Part shown: positions 17,964 through 27,406 of the stretch, one piece after another
Numbering within the stretch: position 1 is the first letter of the stretch
How the letters are laid out: every line of letters begins with the position of its first letter
Origin: Bacteroidota bacterium
GTDB lineage: Bacteria > Bacteroidota > Bacteroidia > Cytophagales > Amoebophilaceae
Reading direction: 5' to 3'
NCBI GenBank assembly: GCA_039198585.1
Contig: JBCCTJ010000001.1
Span: forward strand, 1-51,567
Length of the DNA: 51,567 bases
The notes under the pieces: model-generated
The model's input: the letters and a program-made list of their open reading frames with translations, nothing else
What the model was told of the DNA's origin: nothing
Databases searched by the model: none
Program-made: the position numbers and the translations under genes

Positions 17964-18614
17964 ATTTATAAAGTTTAAAGGTTAAATTTCGATTTCATTA
18001 TAATACCCTTTTCAAAAAAATAAATGAATTTATGATATAATGTATTACTTATAACATATATGTAGTGATATATGAAGAAAAAATAACTAAAAAAGTCAAT
18101 TGTATTTTTTAGCTACCCACAGGGTTATGCTGATCTAACATACGCTTAAAAAAGCAATATTGTTCTCTCGTATTACTTTATTGCAATAATCTAAAAATGC
18201 TATCAAGACCAACCTCTTTTGTATAGTTAAATATATTGCAAGGAATAGCTTGATCGTGCTAAAAAATCTAAAAATAACCATATAGAAATAACACCCAGTT
18301 GGCTCAAAAGGTATAAAAGTTAGATGCTTAACACAAATAATATAGAGTTCCTTATTCGTGAATGAAATTGAAAAATAAGCAATTTTTTTTCTTGACTACT
18401 TTAAGTAATACTTGCCGTTCATATTTTTAAAGTAGTAATTTATATCTAAAAAACTATAAAAATTGATTGATTCTTAAAATTTTGTTTTAGTTCCAATTAC
18501 CTCTTTCAGGTAACCTATGAACCTTGCTTTGTAAATGTAACTACATTTATTATTGACTAGCAATCTAGACCATTATACTGTATACCCAAAAGAGAGGTTT
18601 ACTACCATAAAGCG

Positions 18615-18688
18615 TGGGCGATACTGGATTTGAACCAGTGACCTCCTCGATGTCAACGAGGCACGCTAAACCGCTGCGCCAATCACCC
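18615..18688 (-). tRNA. tRNA-Val (GAC)
   Basis: The reverse complement GGGTGATTGGCGCAGCGGTTTAGCGTGCCTCGTTGACATCGAGGAGGTCACTGGTTCAAATCCAGTATCGCCCA has anticodon stem CCTCG/CGAGG with loop TTGACAT. Confidence 0.85.
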
Positions 18689-19326
18689 TTTGATTTTTTT
18701 ATAGAAAACCTGACACAAATATAGGTTAATTCTACTTGTGCTAAAAATTAACGTTTCTATTATTCGGGCAAAAAAATCATAGCATCAAAAAGAAATGCAA
18801 ATAACGCAAAATGGGCAAACGAGCAACATAACTAAATCGGAAACGGGTAGCTTGCATAACTATAGGTTAAGAAAAAAGAACAAACAACTACCGCTATTTC
18901 AGCAGAATAGTAACAGACAGTGGATACGAAAGGGCTATAAAATATATATTCTAGCACGCATATTACTCAAAGAGGTAGACGGTTTCACTACTTAGTAGTA
19001 TCATAAAGCAGAAAAATTTAGCTTTGGATAAAAGTATATTTCGACCAAAAATAAAAGCAATTAAAATATTACGTATCTTCAAAAAAGATTTCCGAAACCT
19101 TTTATACCCTCATACGATTAAACCTTAGATGTTTGGAAGACTCATAAGCATGCGGAAAAATTTTGAGAGCTAGATCAGGCAAAAAAAATAGGGAGTAATC
19201 GGGAGTCTAATCTAAGTATGCATTACGCCTTCTTATTTCATTTTGATTTGTTTGTTAAGTAATTTTAGTATACTTTTATATCTGAATAATTTAACTGCAA
19301 TTTTATAACTTTTAAACCATTTTATT

Positions 19327-20463
19327 ATGTTCAAATTTTTTACTCTAAGTTTCTTTTTGCTAAGCTATCTATTTGATGGAGGAGATACATTAAATTGTAC
19401 TAGTAACGTTGTGGACAATAGTGGTGTAGTAGGCGCTAAGGCAGCTTCAGTTATGAAAACCGATGGAACCATATATGCTACTTATTTTGATTTCACAAGC
19501 GGAGACCAAAAAACATGGTTTGTCAATTGTCAAGATGAAGACTGTATTACAAATACTAAGACCAATTTAAACTCACCCCCAGGAGTACTAGAAGCAGGTA
19601 ACAGCCTTGGAATCAAATCAGATGGATATGCGATCATAGCTTCCCAAGTTAGATTTGCTTCACGCTTCAATCGCTTACAAGTAACTGAATGTCATGATGC
19701 AGATTGTTCCTCTAATACCAAAACTCCCATAGGAAGTCTTTATGGTGGAAGCTATATCTCTTTAGCCATGAGAAGTGATAACACAGCAGTATTAACTAAT
19801 TATAACATTGTGTTTGGAAAAACATTAGATATTGTTTCCTGCTTAAATACAGCTTGTTCACTTAATGATGAAGTTACCGTGGATAGTACCATAGAAACAG
19901 GTAGACATGCTGCTCTTCGACTTGATAGTAATGGTAATCCAGTTATTGTCTATCGAGGTCCAGGTGCTAATAATTTAAGATATGCAGTATGCGGAAATAG
20001 CGATTGTACATCAGGCAATATCATTAAAACAATCCCTGGTACAGCTAATCTAGGTGACTATAACTCTTTCTTCTTAGATAACAATAATGTTGCTACTATC
20101 ACAACCTATGATTTCAGCTTATATGAATTTGTTGTTGTCTTTTGTGCTAATAGCTTATGTACCTCAGCAACTACTACTAGCGTAGGTGGCCCGTTTAGTG
20201 GACAATTTACCTCGGTAGTATCAGATAGTACCAACTCAGGCCAAGCTGCTGCTACCTATGTAAACTTGTATGAAGACAAACTTAACATAGCACAGTGTGA
20301 TAGTTCAGATTGTACAAACAATACCATTAGTATAGTAGATAATTCCACATTCAGCGGATCATTCAACACATTGCATCAAAGCCCTGTTACTGACAATTTC
20401 GTTGTTTCTTATCATATTCAAGAAGAAGACAATGAATCTTTCAACGTAGCTGTTTGCTCATAA
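19327..20463 (+). CDS. Secreted repeat protein, probable 7-bladed beta-propeller with one Cys pair per blade
   Basis: Signal peptide present. Six internal C-x4-C motifs lie about 50 aa apart (NCQDEDC, ECHDADC, SCLNTAC, VCGNSDC, FCANSLC, QCDSSDC). A half motif sits at each terminus (LNCTSN at the N-terminus, VAVCS at the C-terminus). Confidence 0.6.
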   Translation: MFKFFTLSFFLLSYLFDGGDTLNCTSNVVDNSGVVGAKAASVMKTDGTIYATYFDFTSGDQKTWFVNCQDEDCITNTKTNLNSPPGVLEAGNSLGIKSDGYAIIASQVRFASRFNRLQVTECHDADCSSNTKTPIGSLYGGSYISLAMRSDNTAVLTNYNIVFGKTLDIVSCLNTACSLNDEVTVDSTIETGRHAALRLDSNGNPVIVYRGPGANNLRYAVCGNSDCTSGNIIKTIPGTANLGDYNSFFLDNNNVATITTYDFSLYEFVVVFCANSLCTSATTTSVGGPFSGQFTSVVSDSTNSGQAAATYVNLYEDKLNIAQCDSSDCTNNTISIVDNSTFSGSFNTLHQSPVTDNFVVSYHIQEEDNESFNVAVCS

Positions 20464-20507
20464 GTATAGGAATATAGCCCTTATTGTTTTTCATATTATT
20501 GTGAACT

Positions 20508-20543
20508 AAAAAAGCTAGAACAGTCACTGTTCTAGCTTTTTTA
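20508..20543 (+). terminator. Rho-independent terminator
   Basis: aaaaaAGCTAGAACAGtcacTGTTCTAGCTttttt, downstream of the 19327-20463 CDS. Confidence 0.75.
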
Positions 20544-20615
20544 GTTTAAACAAGATTGTAGCATATGGCCGTTTTATCTAAAACTAACTTATCTTGCGGT
20601 ATCACTTCATTAAAT

Positions 20616-21266
20616 ATGACCAAAAAAAAACGATATCAAACTTTCGTTGAATACTTTAGTCATCATATGCCTGATGCAACTACAGAACTCAAGTACAATA
20701 CTTCGTTTGAACTTTTGGTAGCGGTTATTCTTAGTGCACAATGCACTGATAAGCGGATCAACCAAATCACACCTCCCTTATTCAGGGATTTCCCTAGCCC
20801 AAAAGCCATGGCAGATCAAACACCTGCTATTCTTTTCCCTTATATTAAGTCTGTATCTTATCCTTATTCAAAGGCCACTTATTTAGTTAATATGGCACGC
20901 ATACTGACAGAAAAATGGAACGGTATCATTCCAGCAAGTCGCAAGCTTTTAGAACAACTGCCTGGAGTAGGTAGAAAAACAGCCAATGTAATCTTGTCTG
21001 TTGTATACGAACAGCCTGCTATGCCTGTCGATACGCATGTAATTAGAGTAAGTAAAAGGTTAGGACTTGTTAGTAATCAAGCATTAACCCCCCTATCAAT
21101 AGAAAAAGAACTCGTAAAAAATTTGCCTACACAATATATAATAAGGGCACATCACTGGCTTATTCTGCATGGTCGCTATGTATGTTTAGCAAGAAAGCCA
21201 CGTTGTGCTAGCTGTCCTTTAAAAAGTTGGTGTTTGTATTACGAAACAATGAACACTAACGCATAA
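20616..21266 (+). CDS. nth: Endonuclease III (DNA glycosylase / AP lyase)
   Basis: ELKYNTSFELLVAVILSAQCTD, HhH-GPD LPGVGRKTANVIL, and the 4Fe-4S cluster C..C.PRCASCPLKSWC. The ORF track starts at 20565. Alignment logic to E. coli Nth favours the ATG at 20616. Confidence 0.85.
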   Translation: MTKKKRYQTFVEYFSHHMPDATTELKYNTSFELLVAVILSAQCTDKRINQITPPLFRDFPSPKAMADQTPAILFPYIKSVSYPYSKATYLVNMARILTEKWNGIIPASRKLLEQLPGVGRKTANVILSVVYEQPAMPVDTHVIRVSKRLGLVSNQALTPLSIEKELVKNLPTQYIIRAHHWLILHGRYVCLARKPRCASCPLKSWCLYYETMNTNA

Positions 21267-21293
21267 AAAAATAAAACTTATTTGATTTCTAAT

Positions 21294-21662
21294 TTATACT
21301 CTATTTTGTTTCGCTATAATAGAATGAGTAGTATGAGGAACTAACTTGAGGCGATCTTTAGGAATTAATTCTCCTGTCTTAGCGCAAATGCCATAAGTTC
21401 CTTTCTCTATTCTTTTCAAGGCTTCTTCCAGTTTTTGAATAAACTTTTCTTGCCTACGAATTTGATAATTCAAGCTTTCTCTCTCCTCAACTTCAGGACT
21501 TTCTTCTAAACTCTGAATTTTGATCTTGCCTTGACTATCACTTCTCATACGCAAGTTATCTCGGTAAGTTGCAACCTCTTTTTTGGCCACTGCCAGTTTA
21601 TTTAATATAATTTCACGAAATTCTTGTAGTTCTTTAGGGGAATAACCTTCACTAATGTGCAT
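21294..21662 (-). CDS. DksA/TraR-family regulator (Cys-poor variant)
   Basis: Coiled-coil N-terminal part and the C-terminal GTYGICAKTGELIPKDRLKLVPHTT pattern. Only one of the four canonical zinc Cys residues is retained. Confidence 0.65.
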   Translation of the reverse strand: MHISEGYSPKELQEFREIILNKLAVAKKEVATYRDNLRMRSDSQGKIKIQSLEESPEVEERESLNYQIRRQEKFIQKLEEALKRIEKGTYGICAKTGELIPKDRLKLVPHTTHSIIAKQNRV

Positions 21663-21723
21663 AATGTATTTGTTTGTAAACTATATTAACAAATTACAAA
21701 ATTTTTTCTACTAAAAAAGAGAA

Positions 21724-23244
21724 CTACAAGACAAGCTGCAACCTCTTGAGTGTAGTTCTTAAGCCAAGCACATACATAATATCAGCTAAATGAGGACCTT
21801 TATTTCTTCCTGTTAAAACTAATCGCAGTAAAGGCATCACTTGCTTAGGAGTAATTTCGCTTCTTTTAAGCTGATTTTTAAGTAAACTTTGAATAACTTC
21901 AGAAGACCAATTAGCTATACTAGTAAGTTGCTTTGCCAAGCTCTGTAAAAAAGTAAGAGCATTTAGATCAGTTTTTGATTTCCACAAAGTATTGTGTAAC
22001 AAACTAGGCTCCTGAAAAAAATAACTTCCTTCTTCCCAAAAACTTTCTGGAAAAGTAACACGCTCTTTCAATAAATCACATACCTGAGCACTATATGCCA
22101 AGCTAGCTTCTATATTTTTTTCTTGAAGTACAGGGAGTAAGTAGCGTTGTGCTAAAATATTGCTTGGAATAGATTTTAAATGTTCTTGATTGAACCAGCG
22201 CGCTTTAATAATATCAAGTCGAACCCCTGCCTTTTTAAGTCTTTCTAGTGAAAAAGCCTTAATGAGCTCATCTCGTTGGTAAACCTCCTTGTTATTATCC
22301 GCATGCCAACCCAAAAGACTCAAAAAATTAATGACTGCTTGTGGTAAGTATCCAGCTTCACGAAAACCAGGAGCCACAAGAGAAGTAATAGGATCTTTCC
22401 AGTTAAGTGGGAAAATAATCGTATCATTTTTTTCAGCAAAACGCTTACTCAGTTTCCCTTGTCCATCACTTCTTAGGAGAAGAGGTAAGTGAGCAAACAT
22501 AGGAGGATTCCAGCCAAATGCCTGATATAGTAAGACGTGAATTGGTGTAGAAGGCAGCCACTCTTCTCCCCGAATAACATGGGTTATTTTCATCAAGTGG
22601 TCATCTACAATATTGGCTAAGTGATAAGTAGGCATGCCATCTGACTTAAATAAAACCTTGTCATCAAGTGTATTGCCCTGCACTTCAATCCAGCCTCTTA
22701 CTACATCTTTGAATTTCACCTTTTCTTTAGGGTTAATTTTCATGCGCACAACATAGGGTTCACCAGCTTTCAACTTTTCGGCTGTTTGCTGAGGAGGTAA
22801 TGTCAAAGAATTACTCATTTGCATCCGTGTAATAGCATTATAGGCTGGAGCAGCTACTCCTAGCTTTTTTTGCCTCTCACGCATACTATTTAGCTCTTCA
22901 GGCGTATCAAAAGCATAGTATACTTGACCAGATTCTAGTAGCTTTTTGATATAGCATACATAAATTGTCTTTCTCTCTGATTGACGATAAGGGCCATAGT
23001 TGCCCCCCTTTTCAGGTCCTTCATCTGGGATTAGGCCTAGCCAGGTTAGTGACTCTTTGATGTATTTTTCACTGCTTGGTACGAATCTATTTTGGTCAGT
23101 ATCTTCTATACGCAACAAGAATTCCCCTCCCCATTTTTTGGCAAATAAATAGTTATAAAGGGCCGTGCGGATTCCTCCAATGTGGAGAGGTCCTGTAGGA
23201 CTGGGTGCGAAGCGCACACGTACTTTTTGAGGAGTATCAATCAT
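21724..23244 (-). CDS. gltX: Glutamate--tRNA ligase
   Basis: RFAPSPTGPLHIGGIRTALYNYLFAKK (HIGH region), LRIEDTD and KLSKR (KMSKS). Confidence 0.9.
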   Translation of the reverse strand: MIDTPQKVRVRFAPSPTGPLHIGGIRTALYNYLFAKKWGGEFLLRIEDTDQNRFVPSSEKYIKESLTWLGLIPDEGPEKGGNYGPYRQSERKTIYVCYIKKLLESGQVYYAFDTPEELNSMRERQKKLGVAAPAYNAITRMQMSNSLTLPPQQTAEKLKAGEPYVVRMKINPKEKVKFKDVVRGWIEVQGNTLDDKVLFKSDGMPTYHLANIVDDHLMKITHVIRGEEWLPSTPIHVLLYQAFGWNPPMFAHLPLLLRSDGQGKLSKRFAEKNDTIIFPLNWKDPITSLVAPGFREAGYLPQAVINFLSLLGWHADNNKEVYQRDELIKAFSLERLKKAGVRLDIIKARWFNQEHLKSIPSNILAQRYLLPVLQEKNIEASLAYSAQVCDLLKERVTFPESFWEEGSYFFQEPSLLHNTLWKSKTDLNALTFLQSLAKQLTSIANWSSEVIQSLLKNQLKRSEITPKQVMPLLRLVLTGRNKGPHLADIMYVLGLRTTLKRLQLVL

Positions 23245-23248
23245 AAGT

Positions 23249-24700
23249 TTAAGATTCTAGTTTCTTTTTCAAGAGTTTAGCTGTTTCTTGAGGATTAGCT
23301 TTTTGATGACTTATACGCATAATTTCGCCCATAAAAAAACCTAAAAGCCCCTTTTTACCACTTTGATAGGCAGCTACCTTATCAGGATAAGCAGCCATAA
23401 CCTCTTCAATCCAATCTAGAAGCCTACCTTGATTTTTTGTTTGGACCCACCCTTGCGCTTGTGCAATGGTAGCAGGATCCCCATCAGGATTTCCTATTAG
23501 AAGAGGAAACAGCTGTAAAGTGGCTAAAGAAAAACTAATGACTTCATCTGCTATCATATTAGCCAAAGCTACTATCTGATCTGAGGTGACACCAAGCTCT
23601 CGCATAGTCAACTTTTCTTGGTTAAGATATGCCTTAACAGGCCCTATAATCAAGTTGGCTATGATTTTATGATGAACACATTGTTGTGCTATTGCCTCAA
23701 AAAAAAGTCCGATCGACTTATCCTCTGTTAGCACTACTGCATCAGCAGGAGGAAGTTTATAATCATCAATAAGTTTGTGATAAAGCTGGTGAGGAAGAAT
23801 AGGCATGGCTTCATTGATTGCGATCAACTTCTCTTCTGATATAACAATTGGGCTAATATCTGGTTCTGGGAAATAACAGTAGTCAGTCAACCCTTCCTTA
23901 GTACGCTGCCACGTAGTCATATTCTTAATAGGATCATATGCTCTCGTTTCAGACATAACTACTCCTCCACGTTGGTAGATGGCTGACTGACGCTTTATTT
24001 CATGACTAGCTGCCAATCTCACATGACGCATAGAATTGAGATTTTTAATTTCTACTTTAGTATTGAGCTCACTACTTTCTTCTGGTCTTACAGATACATT
24101 AACATCACATCTCAAAGATCCTTCCTCCATATTACCATCAGAAATATCAAGGTACCGCACCAAACGTCGCAATGCCATTAAAAGAGTGTAAGCTTCTTCG
24201 GGTGTCTGGAGTACTGGCTTTGTTACTACTTCTATCACAGGTGTCCCAGCCCTATCATAGTTGATCAGTGTTACCCCTGCACTAGGAGCATGAATAGACT
24301 TCCCAGTATCTTCTTCTATATGAATTCTCTCTAATGCAATCTTTTTTTCTCCATTTTTAGTTGGAATCACGATATATCCCCCACGGCATATGGGAGTTGC
24401 ATCCTGTGTAATTTGAAAGCCTTTAGGAAGATCTGGATAATAGTAGTTTTTGCGCGCAAAATAATTTTCACGCACAACTTGAGATTCACATGCTAAACCC
24501 ATCATAAGAGCATAGTTAATCGCCTTTTTATTAGGCTGTGGAAGTGTACCTGGGTGTGCCAAAGTAATAGGACTTGTATAGCTATTAGGTGGTTCTCCAT
24601 AAGTAACAGCTTCAGGTGAAAACATTTTTCTTTGTGTCTTCAGCTGCATATGTATTTCTAGCCCTATAGTAGCTATGTAATTAGTTTCTCTTGTACTCAT
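23249..24700 (-). CDS. gatB: Asp/Glu-tRNA amidotransferase subunit B
   Basis: IGLEIHMQLKT..KMFS, NRAGTPVIEVVT and DVNVSVR are GatB signatures. The gene lies 4 nt upstream of gltX. Confidence 0.9.
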   Translation of the reverse strand: MSTRETNYIATIGLEIHMQLKTQRKMFSPEAVTYGEPPNSYTSPITLAHPGTLPQPNKKAINYALMMGLACESQVVRENYFARKNYYYPDLPKGFQITQDATPICRGGYIVIPTKNGEKKIALERIHIEEDTGKSIHAPSAGVTLINYDRAGTPVIEVVTKPVLQTPEEAYTLLMALRRLVRYLDISDGNMEEGSLRCDVNVSVRPEESSELNTKVEIKNLNSMRHVRLAASHEIKRQSAIYQRGGVVMSETRAYDPIKNMTTWQRTKEGLTDYCYFPEPDISPIVISEEKLIAINEAMPILPHQLYHKLIDDYKLPPADAVVLTEDKSIGLFFEAIAQQCVHHKIIANLIIGPVKAYLNQEKLTMRELGVTSDQIVALANMIADEVISFSLATLQLFPLLIGNPDGDPATIAQAQGWVQTKNQGRLLDWIEEVMAAYPDKVAAYQSGKKGLLGFFMGEIMRISHQKANPQETAKLLKKKLES

Positions 24701-25068
24701 TTTACAACTATTATCTAACTACAAAAGTAACTACTTTCACTAAGTAATGAGTATAGCACTTGATTTTATGAGTCGATATTAAAAATATGAATACCTCATA
24801 GAGTATTCAATTACTACCAGTACTTAGTTGTTACGACTCTAACTTGATTAAATAAAGCCATTGATAAAAAAGTAATTGTTGACTATAGCCTAATGCAAAA
24901 TTAATTTACAAAAAACTAGCATTCCGTAAGTAAAAAAACTAGCAAGTATTTTTAAACGAAAAGAATAAGTAATCCTTTGACTCATCAAAAATCATCCTCT
25001 TATCAATTCTATTGTAAATTTTGAAAAAACAGCTATCTTTGTGTCCGTAATTATTATTATACAATAAT

Positions 25069-25145
25069 GGTGATTGTAGCTCAGTTGGTTAGAGCACTGG
25101 TTTGTGGTACCAGGGGTCGCGGGTTCGAATCCCGTCTGTCACCCA
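25069..25145 (+). tRNA. tRNA-His (GTG) with encoded G-1
   Basis: GGTGATTGTAGCTCAGTTGGTTAGAGCACTGGTTTGTGGTACCAGGGGTCGCGGGTTCGAATCCCGTCTGTCACCCA. The extra 5' G pairs with C73, and the anticodon loop is TTGTGGT. Confidence 0.85.
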
Positions 25146-25290
25146 CGATACAGCTTCCTAAAAGTAAACAAGCTATTTCTAGCTAACCTAAATAAAGCAG
25201 TCTTCCTTTTTTAACTACATGAAAAGCATTGGAAATAGTTTACTAATATTTGTATTACATTGATCTTCTTTTTAATCACATTATCTATTT

Positions 25291-26208
25291 ATGAATTCAA
25301 TTTTCAGCAGAAGAGTAGTCAGAATCAAAGCCATGCAACACTTGTATGCCTATTATCTACATAAAAATGTAGCTTCTCAAGCTCTAGAAGACAAAGAAAA
25401 AAGTGCTGAAGGCTTGTTTGAAAAGGAAGTGCATCAAATACAAAAAAATATATATGCTATTTTAGACTTACTAATACAATGGCAACAAGTTGCTATAATC
25501 GATGATCAAGAAGTAAGAAATAGGCTAAAAAGTAGAATACTTGACAACCAAGACATTAAGCTGATAACAACAACTGCGTTTTATCAGGAATTCTTGAAAA
25601 AGTATGGCCGCTATTGGGAGTACGAAACTGCTCAGCTTATTTATTATCAGTCTATTAAACCGAAAAAAAAATTTTGCAAAACGAAGCTACCGTCAGCAAG
25701 CGAAGAAAGTAAAGATTTAATAGAAACATTGGTTAAAAAGATCTTTTTTAAAGAAGATAGTATACAACGAGAAATGGCTACTAGGGACCGTAACTGGAGT
25801 GAGAATAAACTTATTGCTAAGTCTTTTTTTTCTTCCTTCTTAAAAAAATGGCTTAAAAATAGGGACGAAGGGTCTCATCTACTCTCTTTTCCTGCCAGCT
25901 TAGAAGAAAATTTGTTTTTTGTCACACTCATACAAAAAACAAAACAAGAATGTGATCGATATACACATTGGATTAAGCAAAATACTCATAACTGGGATCT
26001 CAATCGAATTACACTTTTAGATCAAGTATTAGTACAGCTAGCCCTAACAGAAATTCTCTACCTTCAAGAAATTGATCCTAGTATATCTATTAATGAATAC
26101 TTAGAAATAGCAAAAACCTATAGTACATCTAAGAGCCACATTTTTATTCATGGTCTCTTAGATTCTTTCATTAAAAATACTAGTAAAAAATGGGACTCAG
26201 TAGACTAG
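25291..26208 (+). CDS. nusB: Transcription antitermination factor NusB (long Bacteroidota form)
   Basis: The N-terminal SRRVVRIKAMQHLYAY and the C-terminal LDQVLVQLALTEILYL..ID..ISINEYLEIAKTYST..S..FIHGLLD match NusB. Confidence 0.75.
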   Translation: MNSIFSRRVVRIKAMQHLYAYYLHKNVASQALEDKEKSAEGLFEKEVHQIQKNIYAILDLLIQWQQVAIIDDQEVRNRLKSRILDNQDIKLITTTAFYQEFLKKYGRYWEYETAQLIYYQSIKPKKKFCKTKLPSASEESKDLIETLVKKIFFKEDSIQREMATRDRNWSENKLIAKSFFSSFLKKWLKNRDEGSHLLSFPASLEENLFFVTLIQKTKQECDRYTHWIKQNTHNWDLNRITLLDQVLVQLALTEILYLQEIDPSISINEYLEIAKTYSTSKSHIFIHGLLDSFIKNTSKKWDSVD

Positions 26209-26532
26209 AGCAGCAAGTGTCATGTGTTCGTCAAAATCTTAGGAGGCACTTTCCCAAAAGCATTGATTGATATCATTTACCTAGATCGCTATGGAGAAAC
26301 AACTGGTATTGCCTATTCAAGTATTGAAAGATCAGTTGGAAGAATACAAAACTGTAAGAATCATGAAAAAATAGCTCTATAGGCGATTCTATTAACATTT
26401 TTTTAGATAAAAATAGTTGATCAAAACTATAAAAATACCAGAAAATGAGAAAAAATAAAGAAAATAATTTTACCTATTCTAATTCGAAGTATAATCTAAA
26501 CTTTGTCTAAGGAAAATTTAACCTTAGGCATT

Positions 26533-26660
26533 ATGAATAAGCACAGATTAGAAGCAATAAAAGCAAAAACCTTGGAGCAATTCAGACAAGGCATACCCTT
26601 ATTTGGTAAAAACAGAGTTTTTGATCCCCATAATAAAAGACTTCCTTGAACAAGCCCTAG
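26533..26660 (+). pseudogene. N-terminal fragment of a second IS256/Mutator-type transposase
   Basis: ATG at 26533. The translation MNKHRLEAIKAKTLEQFRQGIPLFGKNRVFDP..(frameshift)..FLEQALEAAE matches the GKDGxxxP...LExALEAE start typical of this family. The fragment ends where the opposite-strand IS copy B begins. Confidence 0.5.
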
Positions 26661-27324
26661 AAGCTGCAGAAATAGCTCTCTTGTATTGTCATCTTTAACA
26701 CCACAAATAATATATACGGCTTCTTTGCTATAACTATTAGCTCGTTTCAAGTTAGTAGAAAGAGCATCACGATAGATAACCTTGTAATAAGCATCTAACG
26801 GTCTTTTTTTTCACTTTTTTCGTATATCATGAAAGCTTGAGGCTAAGTTGCTAATAGTATCTTTACTAATGGATTCTCCAAAAAATGCTTCCATGATACC
26901 TGCTACGTCACGTGTAGATAATCCTCTTTGATACAATAGAACGCATAGTTGATTAAGCTGATCTTCCTGTGTATTGATTAGTTCTAATAACATAGGCTTG
27001 GACTTACCATTCCACGATCTTAGTATGCTAATTTGTAGGCTATTGATGCTGAGTGATCTAAAGTCTCTCATGTAACTACCATTACCAATATCTTGCCTGC
27101 CTTCTTGCCCTTTTAGATACTCTTCTTCTCTTTCCAAAAGCATTAGGGACTCAATGACAGTAATTGATAGCTTATCTAGGCTAAAATTATTCTAGCTTTG
27201 AAAGAGATTGGCTAGTACTACATAGATCATTTTGCTACTTATTTTTTTGTCATAGTTTCTTGTAGCTTAAAAGTTAGATACAATAGTAATTTTTTTCATT
27301 TTCCACAATCAATTATACGTTAGC
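26660..27324 (-). mobile_element. IS256-family element, truncated (copy B; 5' half only)
   Basis: The terminal repeat ccacaatcaattatacgtta ends near 27324. ORF 26811-27143 (LEREEEYLKG...RGLSTRDVAGIMEAFFGESISKDTIS) is the transposase N-terminal region. Collinearity with copy C ends near 26660. Confidence 0.75.
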
Positions 27325-27406
27325 ACCTAGAAAGTAGATCTTTACAAACAAAAAAAACAATAATAGACGATTAGGAATATTTTCTTCCAAGAGAAGAAAA
27401 AGAATA

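Noticed and set aside
21294-21662. The DksA-like protein lacking three of the four zinc-finger cysteines, considered as a novelty.
   Set aside because: Zinc-independent DksA/TraR variants are already known. The coiled-coil and C-terminal helix pattern is otherwise ordinary.
26496-26750. The 84-aa minus-strand ORF, considered as a possible gene.
   Set aside because: Its N-terminal half is the IS256 transposase frame (KRANSYSKEAVYIICGVKDDNTREL). The rest is the antisense of another transposase fragment. It is a chimeric read-through of an IS junction.
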